Shown here: in pieces, positions 26,904 through 40,110 of the stretch
How the letters are laid out: each line of letters begins with the position of its first letter
Position numbering within the stretch: position 1 is the first letter of the stretch
NCBI GenBank assembly: GCA_951406725.2
Contig: OX597815.1
Location: forward strand, 187,364,001-187,428,000
Reading direction: 5' to 3'
From: Octopus vulgaris
Lineage: Eukaryota
DNA: 64,000 nucleotides
The notes under the pieces: generated by a model
Told to the model about the DNA's origin: nothing
Databases searched by the model: none
The model's input: the letters and a program-made list of their open reading frames with translations, nothing else
Program-made: the position numbers and the translations under genes

Positions 26904-27699
26904 TACAGAGGCTCCCTTATTTTAACTAACTGCCAAAAAATATCAAAGACATAAACCATACTACAAACAAACATATACAGTTCATTTGATGTTAAATGTA
27001 GACAAAAATAAATGTAGAATAACAAAAGTAAAAAAATAATGCTGAAAGATAAAATCTTTGTAGTATTGTTCATTTGTTGAAGCCGAGTTGACTATTTTGA
27101 TTGCTGTGAGTGCATGTCTGCTTGTTGAATGTCTTTACTTGTTCTTGTAAATTATTTTACTCTCAATTATATATCTAGGCTAAATTAGAATGTCTGCAAA
27201 CAAGCAGAAATAAAGGTTAAAAGAAAACAGAGAGAGAGAGAGAAAGAGAAAGGAAGAGCCAGGAGTGTATCTGACATAAACCTGATGTACTAGCATTTTG
27301 TTCTAGCTGCTGTCCACTATTTTTTTTTCCTGTCTGATTTGTAAGCTTATAAGTCCACTTATGTGTATTTAGAAGCATTCCATTAATCTTAGCATAGAAT
27401 TGGAATATTCTAACATCCCTTAGACAAGTTGAACTTGTTACATGTGATCTACATAAATCAGAGTAGGTATCTTTATCCAGCACACCCACATATCTCACTC
27501 TCTTTCTTTCTTTCTCTCTCTTTCTCACTCTCTGAGTCATAGTCTTTTCTCATATTTTCTGCCAACACTATTTTCAATATTTCAACATTTTCCTAGTCTT
27601 AGAAATAATCTCAGAACCAAACCTCTTATTATTTAGATGCTTTGAAAAATATCATGTTACACAGACAGATAATAATAATAATAATAATAAAGATAATAG

Positions 27700-28455
27700 A
27701 GATTTCTGATTTAGCCTGTAATTTTGAGTGCAGAGGTTAGTCACTGTCATTGACCTCAGTACTTGACTGGTACGTTATTGACCTGAAAAGGATAATAATA
27801 AATAATAATAATAATAATTATTATTATTATTTCAATTTTTTTTTTTGCCATAAGAGCAGCTTGGGGGAGGGGATTAAGTCGATTACATTGACTTCAGTGT
27901 GTAACTAGTACCTATTTCATCGACCTTGAAAGAATGAAAGGTAAAGTTGACCTCAGCAGAATTTGAACTCAGAACGTAAAGACGAGCTAAATACCTATTT
28001 CTTTACTGCCCACAAGGGGCTAAACACAGAGGGGACAAACAAGGACAGACAAATGGATTAAGTCGATTATATCGACCCCAGTACGCAACTGGTACTTAAT
28101 TTATCGACCCTGAAAGGATGAAACGCAAAGTTGACCTTGGTGGAATTTGAACTCACAGCATAACGACAGACGAAATACCACTAAGCATTTTGCTTGGCAT
28201 GCTAATGATTCAACAAGCTCACCAGCACCATAATAATAATAGTAATAATAATAATTTGGGTACAAGGCCAATAAATTCAGGGCAGGGGATAAGTTGATTA
28301 CATTGACCCCCCTCCCACTGTGCTCAACTGGTACTTATTTTATCGACCCCAAAAAGGTGAAAGTGAAAGTTGACCTCGGTGGAATTTGAATTTAGAATGT
28401 AAGTACTTTCTGAGTTCAAATTCTACCTAGGTTGACTTTCTCTTTCCTCTTTTCA
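27700..28455 (-). mobile_element. Cluster of SINE family A copies including a dimer (~27845-28228), in (AAT)n tracts
   Basis: Several GTTGACCT...GAATTTGAA motifs; junction AAATACCTATTTCTTTAC at ~27989. Confidence 0.85.
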
Positions 28456-28551
28456 GAATAAAAATATACATGAGTAAAGGTTTTAAATAGTATTGCTGGC
28501 GAGTGAGGATGACATCAAGCTGTATACAAAAATGAAGCAGACCTAGACTCT

Positions 28552-29155
28552 TTGATCCAAACAGGAATTGAGTGCAGTATGCTAGCACAAAAGGAGTATA
28601 AACACAAACAGGACTCTCTAGGCAAAAGAGTGCATTGGTATGCTGGCCAAGTGCATGGCTTCAAAACAACAGAGAAGTGTTATGAACATGAACCAGAGAC
28701 TGTGTTAGAAAATGAGAATTACCAGATCTCATGGTATTTACCCATAAAGGCTGACCATAGTATTGAAGCGAGAAGATTGAACATGATCATAGAGGATAAA
28801 ATAAACAGGTTAAGATTGTAGATTTTGTAATTCTCTATGATAGCAGAGTCAATACCAAAGAAATTTAAAAAATTGAGAAATGTCAGGTTCTAGCCAGAGA
28901 ACTGAGGAGACTGTAGAAGACCAAAACAATTATTCCTGTAGTAATTAGTGCACTTGGCACAATCCCTAAAATGCTACCTAAGAGACAGGAATTGAAACTC
29001 AATCTTGTTGACCTGCAGAAAAGTTCCATATTACATTCTGCAAGAATCCTAAGGCAGATTCTTGAGATTTGAGGAGACTTATTGTCACCAAGCTGCAAGA
29101 TAAAATACCTGCTAACTAAATCAGCATGCCCTTGTGTAATAATAATTATAATAAT
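28552..29155 (+). mobile_element. 5'-truncated R4/Dong-clade non-LTR retrotransposon (restriction-like endonuclease C-terminus, decayed)
   Basis: CSMLAQKEYKHKQD..VHW, YEHEPETVLENE, IEARR, KEI*KIEK..LARELRRL, PVVISALGTIP, LQKS.ILHSARILR..L; frameshift and stops; (TAA)n 3' end. Confidence 0.85.
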
Positions 29156-29369
29156 ATCATCACATTTTCTTATGCCTTTTATCTCTCTCTATTAAGTTTC
29201 AGCATGTGGCATATCAAGCAATGGTTAACTTCTGAATCAATTTTAAAATGGAGCATCTTTGTCTATTTGGCAAATGCATGAGCAGTTTGCTTGGCATTCA
29301 GTAAAGTATATTTTGGTGGAACTTGAATTTATTTGTATTCTCTGACAACTTATTCATTTACTTTAGGCC

Positions 29370-29960
29370 AAGGGACTAGAATAATGCAGAGTCCTAGTCT
29401 TGGGTGGATTTTGAGATGGATTTGTACATGATTAAGGTGGAATTACTGATATCTGTTCAATGTTGAGAAATGATAAAGCATTTACCGTTCTGGATGAGTG
29501 ATTTACTGCCTTTATGCAGCTTCACTTGTTCAAACCGACAATGCTGTTGGTTCTGCAGCAATTTGTCAATGCAGAACCTAAATTTTCATGAAATATGTCA
29601 GATGAATCTGAGCAAAAGTTACAATATCAGAGGATTACATTTCTGATTCCGGAACAAAATATTCAGAAGATTCAAAAGCATTGATTTTGGTAGTTATATA
29701 ACTTTCATAAGGCATGGCAATGCCTATAGTTTTGCCAGATCCCCTGTGACTGTTGAGGTTGATGTGATTGATGCTCAGCTTGAACATTTGTAGTTCTAGG
29801 AAGAAAGAAATGAGTGAAGTGTTTACAGCAGTCTGGACCATTAGACAGCTTAAAGAAGATAAGAGAAGCAGAGGTATCAGGGGTTATTAGATGGGAGGGG
29901 TGGTTGTACACTACATTTTAGTTTGAAGGAATGGTAAGCAAGCATTGCAGCAGAAGTAAG
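29370..29960 (-). mobile_element. Heavily decayed CR1/Jockey-group LINE fragment (endonuclease-RT linker)
   Basis: Coding-like composition, no intact frame; only weak motif resemblance. Confidence 0.35.
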
Positions 29961-30361
29961 ATAGATGGAGAGGAGATCTTTAAGAATATTGACAGATAGA
30001 TAGATCTGAGAGATTATCAAGAAAAAAAAAAAAAAAGCCCTGAGGGACTTGCCTTGTAAAGTAAGTTGTTCTTTCTGTTCAAATTAGGGCAACTCTGACT
30101 TAGTTCCATTCAACTGAATATTATTCTCTTCAGGCGTTGACAATAATAAAGTGATCTAATTGAAGTAAAGTACGTTTATTGTTGCTTTCATTTCTTTCAC
30201 TGGGTTCATTTTACTGCAGAGATTTTAGTTTTGACTTGAAGTAAAGTAAGTAAATAAACCTCCATCAGTTTTGACAATGAGCATTCAGTTGTTTAATCAA
30301 CTGGATTAACTGCTCATTCAGCAGTGTGTAAGAGGCTGAAGGTTCCACAGGTATGACATTA

Positions 30362-30593
30362 AGGTGCCGAGCTTGGCAAAAACGTTAGCACACAGGGCGA
30401 AATGCTTAGCGGTATTTCGTCTGTCTTTATGTTCTGAGTTCAAATTCTGCCGAGGTTGACTTTGCCTTTCATCTTTTCAGGGTCGATTAAATAAGTACCA
30501 GTTACACACTGGGGTCAATGTAATCGACTTAATCTGTTTGTATGTCCTTGTTTGTCCCCTCTGTGTTTAGCCCCTTGTGGGTAGTAAAGAAAT
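30362..30593 (+). mobile_element. SINE family A long-tail with 12-bp TSD
   Basis: AGGTATGACATT at 30349-30360 and 30594-30605. Confidence 0.9.
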
Positions 30594-30844
30594 AGGTATG
30601 ACATTGTCAGCCTTAGATAGAATCAACATGACAATGTGACAAAACTGTTCCTTTGAATTACAGGTACAATTCATGTGATGGGCTTCACTACAGTTTCTGT
30701 CCCTTCATTTTCACTCACAATACTTGGGTTGATTTGAGGTAAGAGTAAAGGGCACTTACCCAAGATGCTATGCAGTGGGATCACACTTGACTTTTAAGTG
30801 ATCTTAACCATTTGGTCATGTTGTATTCTGAAGTACATATTTTT

Positions 30845-31223
30845 ATTCTTTCACTTGTTTCAGTCATTTGACTCTGGCCATGCTAGAGCACTGCCTTTAG
30901 TTGAACAAATCGAACCTAGGACTTATTCTTTGTAAGACTGGTTATTGTTGTATTGGCCTCTTTTGCCGAACTGCTAAGTTACGGGGATGTAAACACACCA
31001 ACATCAGTTGTCATGGGTAGAGGGACAAACACAAACATACACATATATATACAGACACATGATGGACTCCTTTCAGTTTCCGTCTATCAAATCCACTCAT
31101 AAGGCTTTGGTTGACCAGATACTATAGTAGAAGACTCTTGCCCAAGGTGCAACACAGTGGAACTGAACTTGGAACTATGTGGTTGGGAAGCAAGCTTCTT
31201 ACCACACAGCCATGCCTGTGCCT
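30845..31223 (-). mobile_element. SINE family B, full length
   Basis: Tail-to-head match with 46463-46860. Confidence 0.88.
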
Positions 31224-31759
31224 ATTATATAATATAAAATTACAGTGAGGCTAACTAGATTTTAATCACCTCACTGGATTTAAAGCTAAGAGCCACAACT
31301 TACAGAGCCATAACAGGAACAACTAACCCCTTGAGAAAGCAGAACACTTTTGTAAATGTTTACCAGCCAATCAGCAAGGCTGACATGTATCAATTAACAG
31401 TGAACATCTATGGGATGTTATGTAATTTGAAGTTTCTGGAAGGTTGTGCCCAGGGTTATATAACGTGGTGATTCGAATTCCACACTTGAGTCAACTTAAA
31501 TTCCATACAGTACCATTGCCCACAAGATTGTACCTTCCTCTACTTCTCCTTGTATAATACTCTCAGAATGCTTGTTTGACATATGCTAGTTTATCCTTGA
31601 TTTTAAATGTCAACAACCATCTATCTTTTCTGCTCTACTTTTCCTTATTTCTAGAAAATATTGATGAAAAAAATGCAGCAAAACAGATTTAATTAGGATG
31701 TTCTCTTCACCTTTCATATTATAAAAATCATAACTACATTCTTTTAGTTATCTTTTATC

Positions 31760-32021
31760 TCTAATCATTTGACTGCTGCCATGCAGGGGCAGCACCTTCA
31801 AGGGTTTTAGTCAAATGACTAGACACCAGGACTCATTTCTTTTAAGTCTAGTACTTATTCTATTGGTCTCTTTTACTGAACTGTTTAGTTATGGGAACAT
31901 AAATAAACCAACACCATTTGTCAAACACACACACACACGTGTGTGTATATATATACTAATACATTTGTTTTTTTGTACTCCACCTGCCTTCGTCTTTTGT
32001 TTATTTTCATAAACCTTCCCG

Positions 32022-32053
<32 letters not shown>

Positions 32054-32182
32054 CAGGCTTCTTTCAGTTTCTGGTCTACCACATCCAGTCACAAAGCTTT
32101 GGTCTGCTCAAGGCTATTGTAGATACTTGCCCAAAGTGCCACACAGTGGATCTGAACCCAGAACCATGTGTTTGGGAAGCCA
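31760..32182 (-). mobile_element. SINE family B
   Basis: CATTTGACTGCTGCCATGC...ACTTGCCCAAAGTGCCACACAGTGG. Confidence 0.8.
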
Positions 32183-33815
32183 TTCTTTGCAGAGATTGAA
32201 CTCTAACTCATTACATTTTTGGGTTTAACTCTGATGATTCCAGAAGTTATTTTACTGTTTCTAAATGAAACATCTTGCAAATTGTAAATAAACTTTTAGG
32301 TACATATTTCAGAAAAGCAACAAATCCTCTTGGAAACTCTAATTATCTCAGCAATACCTTATACTAAATCAGTGCATAGTTCAGAGCAAGGACTACAGAA
32401 ATGTGGAACCCAATCACCAAAAATAATTTAGTAGAATCACTCAGGTATATGCTGTCTGTACATCACCTGTACATTTTCTTAGCACATGAAAACGTTAGGA
32501 ACAGCAATGGGTACAAATTTTGATCAGATCAAAAGCCTCTTAAAATGCATATCACATAGAACAATCATCTATATGTGTATGAAGGAATTGGAAATAACCA
32601 AGTCCTGCATGAGGAAATAAATATTTAGCATCACATTTTAAATTAGGGCCTTTTCTCTGTTTCAAGAACACTTGAAAAGTAATCTGAAACACAGAAATGG
32701 TTACCAAGTCTTGCCCTTATTGCTACTAAACTATGGCTGTTAGAAGTTCCTTTTCAATTGGCTTAAGAATTCAAGGAAACCAGCCCATTGTATCTATGAG
32801 AAGTGAATTCATTCAATATTGAGACTTATTCTCACTTCATGGAGACTTATTCATGCAAGTAATTTATGCAGTTTACTTTTAAAATTGCAGGCTGGCTAAA
32901 GTCACATGCCACCATAGTTGTAACCAGAATGTGTGAGTGTGAGAGAAAACATTCATGTTCACTTTTTCATATTACAATGGGTCGAGACTTTCAAATGCCA
33001 CCTTGCCAAGATGCTGGACTCCTTGATTATACATGTCTGTGTGAAGACCTGGAGAAACAAAAGCATACTTGTTCATGCGCGCGCACATGCACACACACAC
33101 ACACACTTTTCTATGGTTCCTACCTATCTGATTTATTCACACATACGAGGCTATAATAGAAGACACTTCCCCAATCTGTTACAAATTTGGATTGAACTCA
33201 CAACCATGTGGTTACAAAGTGAACTTCTCAAACCACACAGTCAACCCTGCTGATATGTATATATATATATATATATATATATTTGGTCTTGCAGTTAATT
33301 TTGTATCATAGCATGACAATTGTAGTCATGTATTTTTCCACAGAAATCAATCTTCAGATTTTTGCTGTAGTTGGATAGTTGGAAAAGCAACAAAGTGTTT
33401 ACATGATATACAATCTTACTACTGATTTGTCTGTTACTAAGATGCAAAAATTTAGCATTATAAGCCACTTTGCATCAATAAAGAACAGAAAAGCAGAACT
33501 AATCTTAGTTGTAGACACAATATGAAAGTTTTGCTATCTTCTTTCAGAGCAGCAAATAAAGCAGTGATGTCACATGTTAGGATGACATGCTGTCACCTTT
33601 ACTTTTACTTTCTCTAACAAATGTGAAAGTCTGCTGAGGATCACTGTGCTTAAATTTTTGAGGTTGTTATAAGATCATAATACTGAAGTAACTACATGTT
33701 CTAAACATACATTGTACATTGCATGAGGCACCTCTGCGACTATATAAATTGAGCACTTTGTTGTTTTATATACAAAGAAAAATGCAATATATTAGCAAGA
33801 TTTTAAAAACTATAT

Positions 33816-34132
33816 CTGCTGGGGTCAACTTTGCCTTTCATCCTTTCGGGGTTGATTAAATAAGTACCAGTTATGTACTGGAGTTGATATAATCGACTTA
33901 ATCCATTTGTCTGTCCTTGTTTGCCCTCTCTGTGTTTAACCCCTTGTGGGTAATAAAGAAATAGGTATTTCATCTGTCATCACGTTGAGTTTAAATGTTG
34001 CTGGGGTCGACTTTGCCTTTCATCCTTTTGGGATCGATAAATTAAGTGCCAGTTATGCACTGAGGTAGATATAATCGACTCCTCCTCCCTCCAAATGCCA
34101 GGCTTTGTGCCTATCATAGAAAGGATTATATT
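33816..34132 (+). mobile_element. SINE family A dimer, 5' truncated
   Basis: Junction AAAGAAATAGGTATTTC at ~33961. Confidence 0.85.
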
Positions 34133-34253
34133 TATTGTCTCCAAAGAAGCTAAAAACAAACTGACCATGGTTGGATTTGAATTAAAGTGCAGGGAACTGG
34201 AATGAATACTGCAAGGCACTCTATCTGATGATTTAATGACTCTGCTAATTTGC

Positions 34254-34300
<47 letters not shown>

Positions 34301-34799
34301 CATACATACATACACTTTCTCTCTTCCTCTTACATATGCAATTGGTATAGGATAGGTGTTAAGCTTTGGCAAAATAAACCCTAATTTAATTCCCTAAAGC
34401 AGCACGTTTAATTTACTTCACTTATGCTCAAGGGAATGGCATGAACATTACAACTACCATTATCTTATCAGCTGATCAACTGAAATCAATACAGCTGACC
34501 AACCACTGTTGGAAACACCCTAATCATGAGAGACAAAGTAATTGACACTATAACACTTGTATAAACATTTATCTTTTCTATTGATGCTGGCATACTGTTA
34601 TATATGTGTGTGTGTGTGTATGTATGCATGAATATGTGTGTATGTATGTATGTGTGCATGAATATGTATGTGTATATATGTATATGTATGCATATACTTA
34701 GACATATAGTTATATACATATACGTACTGCTACAAACATGAAGTCTTAAAGACAGCATATTTGTGACATAGTATTTTATATATGGTGATTAATAAGTAT

Positions 34800-34990
34800 G
34801 AAGGCACATACTTTAGCGGTTAATGTCAGGCTCACAATCTTGAGGTAGTGAGTTCGATTCTTGGTCTGAGCTGTGTGTTGTTTTCTTGAGCAAGACACTT
34901 TATTTTGTGCTGTTCCGGTTCACTCAGCTGTAGAAATGAGTTGTGACATCACTGATGCAATCCCATGGTCATGCATGACTGAAGAGGTCT
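34800..34990 (+). mobile_element. tRNA/CORE-type SINE 5' part (family D-related)
   Basis: B-box GAGTTCGATTC, TTGAGCAAGACACTT, TTCACTCAGCTGTAGAAATGAG. Confidence 0.7.
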
Positions 34991-35035
34991 TTACCCAATT
35001 AATAAGTGAATATATTTCTATTATTTGATAATAAG

Positions 35036-35400
35036 GGCGGCGAGCTGGCAGAAACATTAGCACGCCAGGTGAAATACTTAGCGGTATTCCGTCTGGCATT
35101 ACATTCTGAGTTCAAATTCCACCGAGGTCGACTTTGCCTTTCATCCTTTCGGGGTCAATATAATCAATTTAGTCCGTTTGTCTGTCTTTGTTTGTCCTCT
35201 CTGTATTTAGCCCCTTGTGGGTAGTAAAGAAATAGGTATTTTGCTCATTGCTACGTTCTGAGTTCAAATACTGCCAATGTCGACTTTGTCTTTTAATCAT
35301 TTCAGGGGTGATAAATTAAGTACCAGTTATGCACTAGGGTCGATGAAATCGGTTATCCCCCTCCCTTAAATTTCAGGCCTTGCACCTATAGTAAAAAGGA
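35036..35400 (+). mobile_element. SINE family A dimer inside a single TSD
   Basis: ATTATTTGATAATA on both sides; junction AAAGAAATAGGTATTT at ~35231. Confidence 0.88.
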
Positions 35401-36204
35401 TTATTTGATAATATTAATGAGCATGAGAGAGATAGTGAATGAGTGAGAGATACATAGGGGGAGAGTGCAGCTGATGGAAACAGGGTCTGTGGACATAATG
35501 CAGTTGTTTGGGAAAATGTGTTTTGGTTATGTATTTTTGTTGTAGCTTAGCTTCAGGTCATTCATAATGGAGAAAGCTTCAGACAAAAGATATCCCAGTT
35601 GTGACTAACCTATGCTTTTCCTATCTACAAGGAATCCTAGACAATATTGTTCAATGTATCCTGGCAGGATGTAGTTTGAGGAAAATATGGCTGCTTTTTC
35701 TAGCATGCACATGTACCAAGTAAACATAAGATTAGGAGACAATGTGGCCAGTATTATAACAAGTTAGGTGGCCACACAAAAGCCAAGTTTGTACCTATTT
35801 TTTTTAAGATGGCAAGCTGACAGAAGTAGGAACATCATCTATTCAACTAAGCCTTTTTAAGAATGCAAGGTGTGATTTGAGAGAGATTTGGCTGCTATTT
35901 CTAGCAGGTCAAGCAATTACTGGTGATCCACTTGTGAAGATGTGATGTTATTGTTATTATTCTTGTTAGTATAGATTAGCTCCTGGTCTGATAAAAGTTA
36001 TTCCATTCAGTGTGACCTGTTGTGTGTGATAAAGTTGACCCTTTGAATTACTGGTTCAATCCAGTTTTCATTTATGCTGTTTCACTCACAAGGCTTTGGT
36101 TAGCCTGAGGATGTGGTAAAAGTCTCTTGTTCAAGATGCTGCTCTGTAGGATTGACCCCTGAACCTTATGACTGCAAGCCCAACTTCTTAACCACTCAAC
36201 CACA

Positions 36205-36585
36205 TATATATGCACGTGTGTGTGTGTGTGTGCGTGCGCGCGCGCACACACACACACACCAGTTACAATTCACACCACATACATACACAATCACCTACAT
36301 CACATCACATACACACACTGCAAATACACCTCACATCTCACATACACACACATATACATAGTCATCACACAAACAAAAACACATCGCATCACACAAACAA
36401 AAACACATCGCATCACACACAAATACACATCACACACACACAAATACACATCACACACACAAATACACATCACACACACAGTCATCACACACAAATGCAC
36501 ATCACATCACACACACAAATACACATACATAGACATCATATGCACACACAAACACATATCACATCACACACACACACACACTCAC
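36205..36585. repeat. Compound CA-rich microsatellite/minisatellite
   Basis: (GT)n(GC)n(CA)n followed by ACACATCACACAC and CATCACACAAACAAAAACACATCG units. Confidence 0.95.
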
Positions 36586-38457
36586 AGATGTCCATGTGTT
36601 TTCTTTTATTTAAAAAAAAAAATTTTTATCTTCATTAAAATTATATAATTTGCAATCCAACGCATTAAAAACATATCTGTATTTTTTTTTATTTTTTCGC
36701 CCCTGTGGTGAACTATTTTATCATATACTTCAAATTGTATACTTTGAACAAATTCACTTAGAATGTCAGATCTTAATAAGATTTTACTTGTGAAATAAGT
36801 AAACTGCAAGATCTGCTTTCCTATTTGCATTTACTTTTGGTATGGCTCAAGTTTTCACTACTCTCCTTCTACTGCCACAACAAACATTAGCAGTAACAGC
36901 AGTCGTTGTTCAGTTAATTGGAAGCTATATTCATTCCCCTATATGATTTCTAGAACTTTCTAAATTAAAATTCCTTATGTTACTGTGAGTTCTCAAGTAG
37001 AACACAAGTTTGTATGTATGTGTGCATGAGAGAGGGAAAGAAAGAGAGAGAGAAAGTACATACATGCAGTTTATTTGTAATCTTAATTGCTATAATACTG
37101 TTTTTTTTTTTTTAAATTAAAAAAAAATAAAATGATATAAATCTATTTTCTCATTTAGGTGTTACTCAAAAAAAAATCTAATATATATTCGGTACGGCTT
37201 GTCTGGGTAGAATGTTTTTAGTTATATATTAACAAGGTGCAATAATATATTTATCACTGCTTGTTCAGCTGAAACTCTTTCTTCCACATGCTAATGATAT
37301 ATAAACTCTTCTTTCCTCCTACTTTCTCTCTCTCTCTCTCTCACACACACAAGCGAACATGTTCTTACTCCCTTTCTCTTTCATCACACTCAGACAAATT
37401 TGATGCTTGAATTTAATATAAATAAATAAATAATATTAAAAACATTGAGACCTAAAGAATTTGCTTTTGTTTTTAGATTTGTATTAGTCATTTGTCCATC
37501 TCCAGAACAAAAATGTACAATTTTTCTTTTTCGTTTTTTAAAATTTTTTTTTTAATAAATTATTAACAAATGATGTTATGCAATGTAATTAGTATTTTAA
37601 GGTACGGATTAATTTTTCTTTCATTTACAAAGAACAACATTATGATGGCCGAAAGCTGTTTAATTTTTCTGTTTATTTTTAGCAATGAACTATTTGAAAT
37701 ATTTAAATTTCTTATCAAAAATTAAGCGTAAAAAGTCACTTTGAACTTTCTGCACTTCAAGGTCCTTCAGAAATACATGAATAGCATATTTCCTTCTTAT
37801 AAAAATCTGTAGATTTGTGTGCATGCTAGAAATCAATATTCTATGTTACTCATTCTAATCATATTGGTTTTATAAGGATTAATTCTAAGATGACTCTTAA
37901 AGGAAACATGAGATCATAGGAATAATATCCATCATGCTGTCACCAGGGTGCTGTTTTGTTGCTTTAAAAATGAATATGAAATATACTCTTATATACACTC
38001 TTCTACATAAAGCTCTCATATGAATAACTTGTAAGAAAAAGCTCAGTACAGACCTATCTCACCTATGATTAAAAACACTGGATTTAAAAATAATTTATAC
38101 TTTTCATTTATCAATGTGTTAAAGTTAAAATAAGGTTTTGTATTATGTAGCTTATTATTTATTTAATATGTATACTGATATTCTCTAACGAGAAGACTGT
38201 TCAGTTAATATATAGTAGCAGAATCCATGAGGGTTTGTATAAGCTATCAACAACATTATTATTACATTATCAATCTTGGAATTGTAGCAGTTTGAAACCT
38301 AAGAGAATATTATCAATTGTAAAATTTCAAAATAGCTTTTTTTTTTTCTTTCTCTAAATATTAAAGAGGAAAAGCCATCAAATATCTTACTATACATAGA
38401 AAGAATCTTGATTATTGCAGAGAAAAGTAGTAGAAAGGTACTTTTAATTTTGTGCAG

Positions 38458-38801
38458 GTAATGCAGTGACTGACTTTATGAGGGAGGAATATTATGACAT
38501 TTCAGTTTTACTTGACAGTGAATCAGCAATTTTATTGGAAACTGATATCTTAATCATAGTGATTTTTCTCTCTATACATAAACTGAGATATATGATGAGT
38601 GTGTTTGGAATATCAATGTGAATATTGTTCCTTGGTAAGGAAGATGGAATATTCACTGTGACTGGAAAGGAGTCGGGAATTGATGGACCATTGTGCTACA
38701 TAAAATTGAAAGACGGCTTGAATGCAATCATGATGGAAAACGATACAGGCAACTAACGGTATTTCCTGATGCAACCACAACTGATTTTATGGGTATTGTA
38801 G
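38458..38801 (+). other. Possible exon of an unidentified host transcript (likely 5' UTR or first coding exon)
   Basis: Acceptor-like TTTTAATTTTGTGCAG| and donor-like TAG|GTAATT; complex, less AT-skewed, TE-free sequence; no recognisable protein. Confidence 0.25.
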
Positions 38802-39044
38802 GTAATTCATAAATATATTTGATACAACTGTTAAAAGCATTTTATACAGCCCTGTGCAGTTTATAAAACAAATACTCATATTTTGGATATTGATATGAAG
38901 GAAATTTTTTTTGCGTAATTATATAACTCTTGGAGAAACAATAACTCAGATTCAAATGTTGAAGATATAATTATTACTTTTCAAAGCTTGACTTAAAACA
39001 GATAATTTTAAAAATGAGTTGCTGAAAATATATGTAAACTTATA

Positions 39045-39279
39045 TTTATTTTTTTATTGCCCACATGGGGCTATACATAGAGGGGACAAACAAGGACAAA
39101 CAAAGGATTTAAGTCGATTACATCGACCCCAGTGCGTAACTGGTGCTTCATTTATCGACCCTGAAAGGATGAAAAGCAAAGTCAACCTCGGCAGAATTTG
39201 AACTCAGAACGTAGCGGCAGACGAAATACTGCCAAGCGTTTCGCCTGGCGTGCTAATGTTTCTGCCAGCTCGCCGCCTT
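39045..39279 (-). mobile_element. SINE family A long-tail, young
   Basis: Full length; TAAACTTATATT repeated in the flanks. Confidence 0.9.
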
Positions 39280-40110
39280 ATATTACTATAAACTTATATT
39301 ACTACAAGAACAGAAGCCTAATCTGGTCCTTGCAAAAATATAAAAATATACCAGTTGTAATTAGTTAGAAAATTTGAAATTTTAATAAAGTATCAGGTGT
39401 GTAAACATTGTTATTATTATTGATTTAGGAGAATATTGTCATAAAATTCTGTAAAACATGGTAAAAATTAGCTGTCATGTTAGCTGTATAACTTAAAGGA
39501 AAATATTCTGAAGATTTAAAAATTATTTACATAGTCATGAATGTATTCAGGTAATGATGAAGCTTCTAGCAGAAAACTCAGATAAACTGATAAATAAATA
39601 AAAAAAACAAAAATAGAAAAAAACAACAACAGAAAATGATTTCATTTAGCTGGAGGAGTCTGGCTGAATCTACTAAATTTTTGAATATCGATCCTATTAT
39701 ATTACTGGGTACTGCAAAATCTGTTCTAATGAAATAGTATTGCTCTCAGTGGTAGGTAGATGAGTGTGTACTGAACAAGGAGGAAGTATAGAATAAAGAG
39801 ATAGCTTTTAATAGAGACAAGAAAGAGAAGCCAGCTACATGTGAAGAAGATGAAGAAGGCAGGGAGAAAGAACTATTGCACAACCAGAATAGTTGCTCAG
39901 GCATTAATTATATAGAGATTAGTTAGGTTTCACACTATTTATTTATACATATTGTAATTATTGAACAATATCATTGGTTATAGAGGGCCAGTCACTGGTT
40001 TCTGTATATCTTATGGCAATTGTTGCTTGGGATTGGGGTTTTTTTTTTTTTTTTTGCTGTAGTTTCAGCTCAGAGCTGTGGCCATGCTGATGCACTGCCA
40101 TTTGTGTGAC

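Noticed and set aside
28552-29155. R4/Dong element as the partner LINE of SINE family A
   Set aside because: No shared 3' sequence; the R4 tail is (TAA)n on its sense strand while short-tail family A ends in (ATT)n.
36072-36648. His/Thr-rich 142-aa ORFs and Cys/Val-rich antisense ORFs
   Set aside because: Translations of a CA-rich compound microsatellite; open in several frames simply for lack of stop codons.
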